In this document: positions 26,909-35,048 of the stretch, one piece after another
Layout: every line of letters starts with the position of its first letter
Position numbering within the stretch: position 1 is the first letter of the stretch
NCBI GenBank assembly: GCA_049602715.1
Contig: JBMYRX010000004.1
Coordinates: 514 to 64,513, forward strand
DNA length: 64,000 bases
Reading direction: 5' to 3'
DNA from: Paracoccaceae bacterium
GTDB taxonomy: Bacteria > Pseudomonadota > Alphaproteobacteria > Rhodobacterales > Rhodobacteraceae
Notes under the pieces: model-generated
The model's database searches: none
Told to the model about the DNA's origin: nothing
Seen by the model: the letters and a program-made list of their open reading frames with translations, nothing else
Program-made: the position numbers and the translations under genes

Positions 26909-28918
26909 TTACCCTTTTAATTCTGGGAACTCATCAAGGATCGTACTAAAGAGTGAGATAACAACCTGACCATTAAACAAATTGGTATCACTCCCATCCC
27001 ATTTATCTATCGCTGCAAAAATCCTGTGTTTTGTATAAAACCTCCAAGTCACTGGAAGTTTCACCAAGCAAGCCGTTAATGCGTCGTAATTGTCTTTGTT
27101 CCAAAGCTTTTCATATTCAACGCGTGCATTACACGGATTATAGAAGGAACTATCAACCACTTGGCTTTTTCTCTTTTCTTTTCTTAAAGTATTAGTTTCT
27201 TTTAAATTTAGTTTTAGCAAGTTATTCGTTTCTAAAGTTATTCTGACTCCATACTCTTTTTCAGCTTGCTCCAGAGACACCCAATTCCGTTGAGCATCGA
27301 GTAAGACACTTTCAGGATCCCGATCTAAAGCATTTCCCCATCCTCCAGCACCACCACAGGTAACATGAATTGTATCGCCTGGATCTAGAGATAAAATATC
27401 GGTATTTCGTAAATTAAACTCTTTTTCGGTATTTGGGTTTCGTATAAATTTTGATGGCCCGCCAGCTTTTCCCTCTGAGATTCCCCATCCTGCAAAACGG
27501 GTTCGGTCTCTATTCCTGGCTGTTACTTTTGTATTTGGAGATAAGGCTTCAAATACGAAATCGGTTCCAAGGCCACCTCTATGCTTTCCCGGACCTCCAG
27601 AATCCTTACTTAAGCCGTAGCTATGTACCCGGATCCCTGCTTCAACTTCATTTACTTCAACCGGAGAGTTTTTTAAAAATCCTGCATTAGCCCCAGATCC
27701 ATCCATTCCATCTCTTAATTTAGTGCCTCCAGATCCACCAGTCATTGGATTAATGGCGGCCATTATTCGTCTGCCAGTACGGGTGTCTGTTGTGTTCACA
27801 TTTAAGATTGGTCCTCCACTCGCCGGAGCGGCAGCCAAGCGATCAGGTAAAGCTTTTGCAAATGCTCCAAAGGTTAACCCGTGCATACGGGTACATGCTA
27901 AACTTCGCATTCCTACTGCGGCTGGGAAGACAGGGTTTACAATAGTACCTGAAGGTAAAATGCACGTACATGCACGAGTGACCCCCGAATTAAGATATAA
28001 ACGCGGATCTAGTGAGTAGAGGACATACAGAACCCCGACCATCATTAGTGCGTGTCTTGGATCACCCCCAGTAGGTATATTGATAGAACTTTCCAATTGA
28101 GGATCTGATCCTGTAAAATCAAGGACCAGCTCATCTCCTTTTACAATAAGTAACAACCTAATACGGCAGGGCCATCCTCCAACAGAATCCTCATCGATAT
28201 ATTCAGAAAAATCATACTCACCGTCAGGTATGTCCGAAATTATAGAACGAGCCTGTTGTTCTGCATAATCTAAAAGATCTCCAACACCATTTTTAAAGGT
28301 TTCCAATCCAAAACGTTCAATCATTTCGTGAACTTTTCGCTCACCAGTATTGCAGGCCGCAATTTGCGCCTTCAAATCACCCCAATTTTGTTCAGGAGAA
28401 CGCACATTTGCTAAAAAAACATCAAGCATTTTTTGATTTAATTTACCATCCTCCAAGAGTTTCATCGGAGGCATCCGTATTCCTTCTTGATGGACTTCCG
28501 TTAAACTCCGAGAGAGTGATGCTGGGACAGCTCCTCCCACATCTGTGTTGTGTATATGGCCAACAGAAAAGGCCACGATTTCGTCTTGATGAAAAATAGG
28601 TTTCCAAATATGCATATCCGGTGGATGCGTGCACACAAATCCAGAGTATGGATCATTTGTCATGCAAATATCACCAGGCTTGTAATCCTCTATTAAATTT
28701 ATTGCTCCAGAATAATTAAGGCCAACAAACCAGGTAGCGCCCAATTCTGTTGGTGTAGCAAAAGTTTCACCAGTTGGAGTTGTTAATCCCGTTGTAAAAT
28801 CCTCTGTTTCCTTGACAAAGGTCGAATGCGCCGTGCGATACAAGGTAAAGGCCATACTCTCTGCAGCAGCTCTCGTATGGTTCTTTAGAATTTCAAGGGT
28901 AATCTTATCAATCGCCAT
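26909..28918 (-). CDS. Hydantoinase B/oxoprolinase-family protein (set 2, B subunit, copy b)
   Basis: 669 aa. The first 556 aa are identical to the product of 28930-30951. The last 113 aa form a divergent tail. Confidence 0.9.
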   Translation of the reverse strand: MAIDKITLEILKNHTRAAAESMAFTLYRTAHSTFVKETEDFTTGLTTPTGETFATPTELGATWFVGLNYSGAINLIEDYKPGDICMTNDPYSGFVCTHPPDMHIWKPIFHQDEIVAFSVGHIHNTDVGGAVPASLSRSLTEVHQEGIRMPPMKLLEDGKLNQKMLDVFLANVRSPEQNWGDLKAQIAACNTGERKVHEMIERFGLETFKNGVGDLLDYAEQQARSIISDIPDGEYDFSEYIDEDSVGGWPCRIRLLLIVKGDELVLDFTGSDPQLESSINIPTGGDPRHALMMVGVLYVLYSLDPRLYLNSGVTRACTCILPSGTIVNPVFPAAVGMRSLACTRMHGLTFGAFAKALPDRLAAAPASGGPILNVNTTDTRTGRRIMAAINPMTGGSGGTKLRDGMDGSGANAGFLKNSPVEVNEVEAGIRVHSYGLSKDSGGPGKHRGGLGTDFVFEALSPNTKVTARNRDRTRFAGWGISEGKAGGPSKFIRNPNTEKEFNLRNTDILSLDPGDTIHVTCGGAGGWGNALDRDPESVLLDAQRNWVSLEQAEKEYGVRITLETNNLLKLNLKETNTLRKEKRKSQVVDSSFYNPCNARVEYEKLWNKDNYDALTACLVKLPVTWRFYTKHRIFAAIDKWDGSDTNLFNGQVVISLFSTILDEFPELKG

Positions 28919-28923
28919 TACTT
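27249..28923. repeat. Tandem direct repeat, unit 1 (1675 bp, apparently identical to 29282-30956)
   Basis: The two units sit at a fixed offset of 2033 bp. Spot-checked lines are identical. The translated sense ORFs and four antisense-frame ORF pairs in the track are also identical (for example 27451-27690 = 29484-29723 and 28408-28599 = 30441-30632). Confidence 0.9.
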
Positions 28924-28929
28924 ATCCCT

Positions 28930-30951
28930 TTATCCAGTTTTTTTACTTTTTAGCTCTGGGAATTCGTCAAGGATACCATTAAAGAGTGAGACAATCGCTT
29001 GACCATTGAAAAGATTGGCATCACTACTATCCCATTTATCTATCGCTGCAAAAATTCTGTGCTTTGCATAAAACCTCCAGGTCACAGGGAGTTTTTCCAA
29101 ACAATCTGTTAATTGGTCGTAGTTAGTCTTATTCCAACGCTTCTCATACTCAACGCGTGCATCACAGAGATTATAAAAAGAATTAGAAGTTATTCTTTTT
29201 ACATTCCTATCATCTCGTAATTTTTTGGTTCTTTTCTTATCGAGTTCTAATAATCCATCTTTATTTTTTGTAATAACAACCCCATACTCTTTTTCAGCTT
29301 GCTCCAGAGACACCCAATTCCGTTGAGCATCGAGTAAGACACTTTCAGGATCCCGATCTAAAGCATTTCCCCATCCTCCAGCACCACCACAGGTAACATG
29401 AATTGTATCGCCTGGATCTAGAGATAAAATATCGGTATTTCGTAAATTAAACTCTTTTTCGGTATTTGGGTTTCGTATAAATTTTGATGGCCCGCCAGCT
29501 TTTCCCTCTGAGATTCCCCATCCTGCAAAACGGGTTCGGTCTCTATTCCTGGCTGTTACTTTTGTATTTGGAGATAAGGCTTCAAATACGAAATCGGTTC
29601 CAAGGCCACCTCTATGCTTTCCCGGACCTCCAGAATCCTTACTTAAGCCGTAGCTATGTACCCGGATCCCTGCTTCAACTTCATTTACTTCAACCGGAGA
29701 GTTTTTTAAAAATCCTGCATTAGCCCCAGATCCATCCATTCCATCTCTTAATTTAGTGCCTCCAGATCCACCAGTCATTGGATTAATGGCGGCCATTATT
29801 CGTCTGCCAGTACGGGTGTCTGTTGTGTTCACATTTAAGATTGGTCCTCCACTCGCCGGAGCGGCAGCCAAGCGATCAGGTAAAGCTTTTGCAAATGCTC
29901 CAAAGGTTAACCCGTGCATACGGGTACATGCTAAACTTCGCATTCCTACTGCGGCTGGGAAGACAGGGTTTACAATAGTACCTGAAGGTAAAATGCACGT
30001 ACATGCACGAGTGACCCCCGAATTAAGATATAAACGCGGATCTAGTGAGTAGAGGACATACAGAACCCCGACCATCATTAGTGCGTGTCTTGGATCACCC
30101 CCAGTAGGTATATTGATAGAACTTTCCAATTGAGGATCTGATCCTGTAAAATCAAGGACCAGCTCATCTCCTTTTACAATAAGTAACAACCTAATACGGC
30201 AGGGCCATCCTCCAACAGAATCCTCATCGATATATTCAGAAAAATCATACTCACCGTCAGGTATGTCCGAAATTATAGAACGAGCCTGTTGTTCTGCATA
30301 ATCTAAAAGATCTCCAACACCATTTTTAAAGGTTTCCAATCCAAAACGTTCAATCATTTCGTGAACTTTTCGCTCACCAGTATTGCAGGCCGCAATTTGC
30401 GCCTTCAAATCACCCCAATTTTGTTCAGGAGAACGCACATTTGCTAAAAAAACATCAAGCATTTTTTGATTTAATTTACCATCCTCCAAGAGTTTCATCG
30501 GAGGCATCCGTATTCCTTCTTGATGGACTTCCGTTAAACTCCGAGAGAGTGATGCTGGGACAGCTCCTCCCACATCTGTGTTGTGTATATGGCCAACAGA
30601 AAAGGCCACGATTTCGTCTTGATGAAAAATAGGTTTCCAAATATGCATATCCGGTGGATGCGTGCACACAAATCCAGAGTATGGATCATTTGTCATGCAA
30701 ATATCACCAGGCTTGTAATCCTCTATTAAATTTATTGCTCCAGAATAATTAAGGCCAACAAACCAGGTAGCGCCCAATTCTGTTGGTGTAGCAAAAGTTT
30801 CACCAGTTGGAGTTGTTAATCCCGTTGTAAAATCCTCTGTTTCCTTGACAAAGGTCGAATGCGCCGTGCGATACAAGGTAAAGGCCATACTCTCTGCAGC
30901 AGCTCTCGTATGGTTCTTTAGAATTTCAAGGGTAATCTTATCAATCGCCAT
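28930..30951 (-). CDS. Hydantoinase B/oxoprolinase-family protein (set 2, B subunit, copy a)
   Basis: 673 aa. The N-terminal 556 aa are identical to copy b. Its tail of 117 aa is distinct. Confidence 0.9.
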   Translation of the reverse strand: MAIDKITLEILKNHTRAAAESMAFTLYRTAHSTFVKETEDFTTGLTTPTGETFATPTELGATWFVGLNYSGAINLIEDYKPGDICMTNDPYSGFVCTHPPDMHIWKPIFHQDEIVAFSVGHIHNTDVGGAVPASLSRSLTEVHQEGIRMPPMKLLEDGKLNQKMLDVFLANVRSPEQNWGDLKAQIAACNTGERKVHEMIERFGLETFKNGVGDLLDYAEQQARSIISDIPDGEYDFSEYIDEDSVGGWPCRIRLLLIVKGDELVLDFTGSDPQLESSINIPTGGDPRHALMMVGVLYVLYSLDPRLYLNSGVTRACTCILPSGTIVNPVFPAAVGMRSLACTRMHGLTFGAFAKALPDRLAAAPASGGPILNVNTTDTRTGRRIMAAINPMTGGSGGTKLRDGMDGSGANAGFLKNSPVEVNEVEAGIRVHSYGLSKDSGGPGKHRGGLGTDFVFEALSPNTKVTARNRDRTRFAGWGISEGKAGGPSKFIRNPNTEKEFNLRNTDILSLDPGDTIHVTCGGAGGWGNALDRDPESVLLDAQRNWVSLEQAEKEYGVVITKNKDGLLELDKKRTKKLRDDRNVKRITSNSFYNLCDARVEYEKRWNKTNYDQLTDCLEKLPVTWRFYAKHRIFAAIDKWDSSDANLFNGQAIVSLFNGILDEFPELKSKKTG

Positions 30952-30956
30952 TACTT
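29282..30956. repeat. Tandem direct repeat, unit 2
   Basis: See unit 1. Identity starts at ccatactc (29282) and ends 5 nt beyond the start codon (30956). Confidence 0.9.
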
Positions 30957-32998
30957 TAAGCCCTCTTACTAATAATCAAATTCTTAAATTTATCCACTTT
31001 TACATCAAACTCTGGCAGAACGATCGTGGTTGTATCATCTTGGCTGATAATTGCTGGACCAGCAAAATAGTGCCCTGCTTCTAAGTCAACCCTATCAAAC
31101 AACGAGGCGTCATATTCTTTTCCTTCTATATAAATTTTGTGAGTTTTTGAGGGTTCAAGATGTTTAATTTTCTCAGAATGTGTTAAAAATTGAGGTTTGG
31201 AGACCTCTCCTGAAATTACTAGGCGTAAATTTACTATCTGGATTTCTGCATCCAGATCTGAGTGTTCATAGATCTCATGATGGGCTTTATGAAAAGCCGT
31301 TGAAATACTGTTAATATCGATGGAATTTAACCAGTTTTTATCAAGACTAGTTTCAATTTCATAAGACTGACCTCGATAACGCATATCAGCAGACCATAAT
31401 AATTCGGATTTGCCATCAAATCCCTGTTCAGCTCGCAACCAATTTTCAGCCTCAGCCTCTAACTCATCTACTACTTTTTTAATGCCTAGAAGAGTATCTT
31501 CACTCACATCAATCATAATTGTTCGGATGAAATCGTTTCTAATATCAGCTATTAACCCTCCGTAAGCAGAAAGAACACCTGGTGTTGGGGGAATAATAAC
31601 GTCTCTTAACCCCATTTCTTTTGCTAAAAGGCAACCTATCATGGGCCCAGCACCGCCAAAAGGAAGTAGGCTAAAATTTCTAGGATCAGCCCCAAATCTC
31701 GACAATAGTTTTGTTGTTTCTAGGAACATTCCTGAAACAGCTACATCTATAATACTTTGCGCTGCTTGCTTTACATCCATCGACAGAGCGTCAGTTATTG
31801 GTTGGAGAGCTTTAACTGCAGCATCAATATTTAGCTGAACCTTTCCGTAACCTAGTTTTCCTTCACCTAGTAATCCTAAAACAGAAAAAGCATCGGTAAT
31901 TGTTGGCCGTGTTCCACCCTGATTGTAACAGGCCGGTCCTGGATTGGATCCTGCACTTTCTGGACCAACTTTAAGAACACCAAACGCATCAACCCACGCA
32001 ATTGAACCTCCCCCCTCACCGATTGACGTAACCGAAACTGTTGGGACGTAAATAGGAAAATCTCCAACCATTTCTCCGCTACTGTATGCAGGCTCTCCGT
32101 TGCTTATTACTGCAACATCAGCACTTGTCCCCCCAACATCAAAACTCAATATACTATCGGTTCCAATTTTTTTTGCAATTTCTGCGGCACCAATAACTCC
32201 TGTTGCCGTTCCCGAAAGCAGCATAGAAATCGGATCAGATTTTCCTAATTCAGCAGTCATTACACCTCCATTTGATTTTCCTATCATTGCAGTTGCAGTT
32301 ATCTGTGCTGATTTTAGAGCATCTTGGAAAGCTGTTAAATAATTAGCAACTCTTCTTTGAACATATCCCGCCACTGTGGTGGTTACCGTTCGTTCATACT
32401 CTCTAATAACTGGCCATACATCGGACGACAAAGTCACGGCCATTTCAGGAGCTTTTGAGTTGATAAGTTCTCTTATTCGACGTTCATGAGTGTTATTCGC
32501 ATAACTATGGAGTAAGGATACCACTATCGTATCACTCCCCATTTTTTTTGCTAGTTTTATTAAATCTTCAACGATAGATTCATTCAATTCAGTATCCACG
32601 CTGCCATCCTTTAAAGTTCGTTCTGGTACCCCAAATACGCGCTCTCTAGGAACTAATGGATCTGCCCTTCGTGAGAAAATGTTGTATGGATCAGGTACTT
32701 TAAGACGGGCTACTTCCAACACGTCTTCAAATCCCTGGGTAACGAATAAAGCCAATTTAGCGCCCGACCTTTGAATCACTGTATTGATGCCAACGGTTGT
32801 TCCGTGGCTAAACCATGAAACTTGTTCTGGTTCCAAAAGGCCTTTTTCTTTGAGTTCTAGAACCCCTAATGCAATCTCAGACCCAGGGTTATCAGGAGTG
32901 GATAAAACCTTATGGGTGCTTAAAATAGAATTATTCTCATTAAAGACACAAAAATCTGTAAATGTTCCACCTATGTCAACAGCGACCCTATAAGTCAT
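30956..32998 (-). CDS. Hydantoinase A/oxoprolinase-family protein (set 2, A subunit)
   Basis: 680 aa with the N-terminal VAVDIGGTFTDF motif and internal DVGGTSADV and GEGGGSIA motifs. Confidence 0.9.
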   Translation of the reverse strand: MTYRVAVDIGGTFTDFCVFNENNSILSTHKVLSTPDNPGSEIALGVLELKEKGLLEPEQVSWFSHGTTVGINTVIQRSGAKLALFVTQGFEDVLEVARLKVPDPYNIFSRRADPLVPRERVFGVPERTLKDGSVDTELNESIVEDLIKLAKKMGSDTIVVSLLHSYANNTHERRIRELINSKAPEMAVTLSSDVWPVIREYERTVTTTVAGYVQRRVANYLTAFQDALKSAQITATAMIGKSNGGVMTAELGKSDPISMLLSGTATGVIGAAEIAKKIGTDSILSFDVGGTSADVAVISNGEPAYSSGEMVGDFPIYVPTVSVTSIGEGGGSIAWVDAFGVLKVGPESAGSNPGPACYNQGGTRPTITDAFSVLGLLGEGKLGYGKVQLNIDAAVKALQPITDALSMDVKQAAQSIIDVAVSGMFLETTKLLSRFGADPRNFSLLPFGGAGPMIGCLLAKEMGLRDVIIPPTPGVLSAYGGLIADIRNDFIRTIMIDVSEDTLLGIKKVVDELEAEAENWLRAEQGFDGKSELLWSADMRYRGQSYEIETSLDKNWLNSIDINSISTAFHKAHHEIYEHSDLDAEIQIVNLRLVISGEVSKPQFLTHSEKIKHLEPSKTHKIYIEGKEYDASLFDRVDLEAGHYFAGPAIISQDDTTTIVLPEFDVKVDKFKNLIISKRA

Positions 32999-33002
32999 AA
33001 TC

Positions 33003-33800
33003 TTATCCTCTATTTAAATTAACGATGTTTGATCTCTGCTCCCTTGGGAAAAGTTTTTTTTCTATTAATGAAACAGAGTGTTTTACTTCTTTTATAATAA
33101 TTTCTTTTCTTTCAAAAAAACGAGGGGTCAGCATTACCATATTAAGTGCTGCCTTTGGAGATCCCGAGCTATCGAGGATTGGAAATGCAACCCCACTTGC
33201 CCCATCAAAGCGTTCATCTACATTAAGCGCATAACCTTGGTTGCGACATTTTTCTAGTTTATCCATTATTTGTTGCGTTGATGTTAAAGTCTTGGGTGTA
33301 AGGGCGATTTTATGTTCTTTCTCAATATACTTATGAACCACATCGTGAGGTAAGTGCGATAGAATAGCATGACCCAAGGATGTGCACCAACCCGGGATAC
33401 TAGGAGCTTTTCTGACAGAGTAACTCATCAACTGTTTTGACTGACGAAATTCTTCTATTTGAACATTTAAGTTTCGCATCGGAACTCCTAGCACTACGCT
33501 CTCTTCAAAGAGACCTAATAATCTATCCATTTCAGGTCCAGCGGTTCGCCTAATTGGGCCATTTATACCTCCGACCCAACCAGGTTGTCGCTTCAAATTA
33601 GTGTTTAATGTAAAGGCATTGTGTGAAATTTTTTCTAAGTAACCTTCGGCTATCAAAGTGTATACGAGAGTATGAGTTGAACTTTTAGGAATCGACAAAC
33701 TTTCACTAACCTCCCCGAGAGACATTGGTCCCCGCGCGGACTCGAAACATTCTAGGATCCGGAGTGTTCTGACGGCAGATTTAACATTATTATTAGCCAT
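33003..33800 (-). CDS. IclR-family transcriptional regulator
   Basis: It has an N-terminal wHTH (VRTLRILECFESARGPMSLGEVSESLSIPKSSTHTLVYTL) and a C-terminal effector domain. Its stop lies 4 nt before the hyuA-like start. The start is either ATG 33800 or TTG 33809. Confidence 0.85.
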   Translation of the reverse strand: MANNNVKSAVRTLRILECFESARGPMSLGEVSESLSIPKSSTHTLVYTLIAEGYLEKISHNAFTLNTNLKRQPGWVGGINGPIRRTAGPEMDRLLGLFEESVVLGVPMRNLNVQIEEFRQSKQLMSYSVRKAPSIPGWCTSLGHAILSHLPHDVVHKYIEKEHKIALTPKTLTSTQQIMDKLEKCRNQGYALNVDERFDGASGVAFPILDSSGSPKAALNMVMLTPRFFERKEIIIKEVKHSVSLIEKKLFPREQRSNIVNLNRG

Positions 33801-33809
33801 AACAATCAA

Positions 33810-33900
33810 TTCACGTATATGAACGTGCGTTCACATTTATAAAGTTAGATATTGACTCTTATTTTATAATTTTGTCAAGTTTAATATATAGCAAATATAT
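33810..33900 (+). promoter_or_regulatory. Promoter/operator module, copy A
   Basis: The boxes are TTCAC-N16-TTCACATTTATAA-N7-TATTGACT-N13-TTTGTCAA followed by TATATA-like sequence. Copy B repeats the same boxes at the same spacing, 302 bp downstream. Confidence 0.5.
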
Positions 33901-33950
33901 TTGTTTATTTATTACGAAGAATTAATGTTAACTTTAAAGGGGGAATTACG

Positions 33951-34064
33951 ATGCAATCGATGATAAAAGCTATCCATCAAATTAAACTCAAAATAGTTAC
34001 TCTTGGTACAGCAAAAGATTTATTAAATGATGCGATTATAAAAAAATCCTACCTAGGCATTTAG
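33951..34064 (+). pseudogene. Relic of a LivF-type branched-chain amino acid ABC ATPase (C-terminal ~25 aa only)
   Basis: The 37-codon ORF ends ...KIVTLGTAKDLLNDAIIKKSYLGI*. This mirrors the characteristic LivF C-terminus (E. coli ...HVVLSDTGDALLANEAVRSAYLGG). No Walker or ABC signature region lies upstream. Confidence 0.5.
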
Positions 34065-34111
34065 GACCCTGAATTTGAACAGAGGTGAGAAATAAGCGTA
34101 ATTTCTATTTA

Positions 34112-34202
34112 TTCACATATGTGACTAACTATTCACATTTATAATATTTACTATTGACTTGTACCCAATTTATTTGTCAACTTTTATATATAAGTTATAT
34201 AT
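34112..34202 (+). promoter_or_regulatory. Promoter/operator module, copy B, upstream of the SDR-Dpp operon
   Basis: It shows the same box pattern as copy A. It also contains the perfect palindrome TCACATATGTGA (34113-34124) and the inverted repeat TTGAC-N17-GTCAA. Confidence 0.5.
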
Positions 34203-34246
34203 ATAGACTTATATATTGGGGGTTTATTTTATTAGCGAGACAAATT

Positions 34247-35017
34247 TTGACTAGCGATATAAAAAAATCGAAAAACCGTGTATCTATCGTAACTGGTGGA
34301 GCTAGAGGTATAGGACGCGGTTGCGCCCTGAAGTTAGCTGCTGAGGGTTCATCTATTGCGCTAGTAGATCTTCTCAGTGCCGAACTTGAGAGGACAAAGA
34401 GCGAAATTGAGGGTTTAGGTGTTCAATGCCTTACTTTTATTGCCGACGTGATGGATCACAAAAGAGCGAAAGATATAGCAGCTGAGGTTATCAAAAACTG
34501 GGGTCGCATTGACGTTTTAGTAAACAACGCAGGTAAAGCCAATCCAAAAGGAATCCTAGAGATCACTGAAGAAGAATATGATACAACAATGAATATTAAT
34601 TTAAAAAGCTGCTTTAATTATATTCAAGCAGTAGCCCCTTTTATGTTAGAAGCAAAATGGGGACGAATTATTTCAATGTCTTCGTTAAATGCTCATAGTG
34701 GCGGAGTTACCGCTGCTGTCTCGAGGTTTTCCTATACTTCAGCGAAAGCGGGTATTCTTGGAATGACACGAGCACTTGCGAAGGAACTTGGCCCAGATAT
34801 TCTAGTAAATGCTGTATGCCCTGGCTTAATAAAGACCGAAATAACAAAAAATGCCGTTATTGCCGAACGCGAACCCGAATTAGTTAAAGGTATTGCTTTA
34901 AAGCGTGTCGGTACACCGACTGATGTAGCAGAACTCGTATGTTTTCTAGCTCTATCAGAACCCAACTTTATTACGGGACAAGATATAACCATTGATGGGT
35001 TCCAATGGAATCGTTGA
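34247..35017 (+). CDS. Short-chain dehydrogenase/reductase (FabG-like)
   Basis: From the in-frame TTG at 34247 the product has normal SDR length (~256 aa). Motifs are TGGARGIGRG, NNAG, YTSAKAG and ITGQDITIDG. The track start at 34154 adds an improbable N-terminus that covers promoter module B. Confidence 0.85.
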   Translation: MTSDIKKSKNRVSIVTGGARGIGRGCALKLAAEGSSIALVDLLSAELERTKSEIEGLGVQCLTFIADVMDHKRAKDIAAEVIKNWGRIDVLVNNAGKANPKGILEITEEEYDTTMNINLKSCFNYIQAVAPFMLEAKWGRIISMSSLNAHSGGVTAAVSRFSYTSAKAGILGMTRALAKELGPDILVNAVCPGLIKTEITKNAVIAEREPELVKGIALKRVGTPTDVAELVCFLALSEPNFITGQDITIDGFQWNR

Positions 35018-35048
35018 CTAAAATCATTACCAAAGAAAGGAAAAAGTA

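Noticed and set aside
27451-30667. Pairs of identical small ORFs in the track (27451-27690 = 29484-29723, 27723-28019 = 29756-30052, 28408-28599 = 30441-30632, 28443-28634 = 30476-30667)
   Set aside because: They are not independent genes. They are off-frame shadows of the 1675-bp tandem repeat, useful only as evidence that the repeat is identical at the nucleotide level.
26909-30957. The idea that the identical-core, variable-tail hyuB pair is a diversity-generating retroelement or an invertible phase-variation cassette
   Set aside because: The window has no reverse transcriptase, no recombinase or invertase and no flanking inverted repeats. The tail differences are spread over all base types and include indels, rather than being adenine-specific substitutions.
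34154-34246. N-terminal 31 codons of the track ORF for the SDR (MTCTQFICQLLYISYIYRLIYWGFILLARQIL)
   Set aside because: This stretch covers promoter module B and the TATATA-rich sequence, and it precedes the normal SDR N-terminus. The in-frame TTG at 34247 gives a standard-length SDR.
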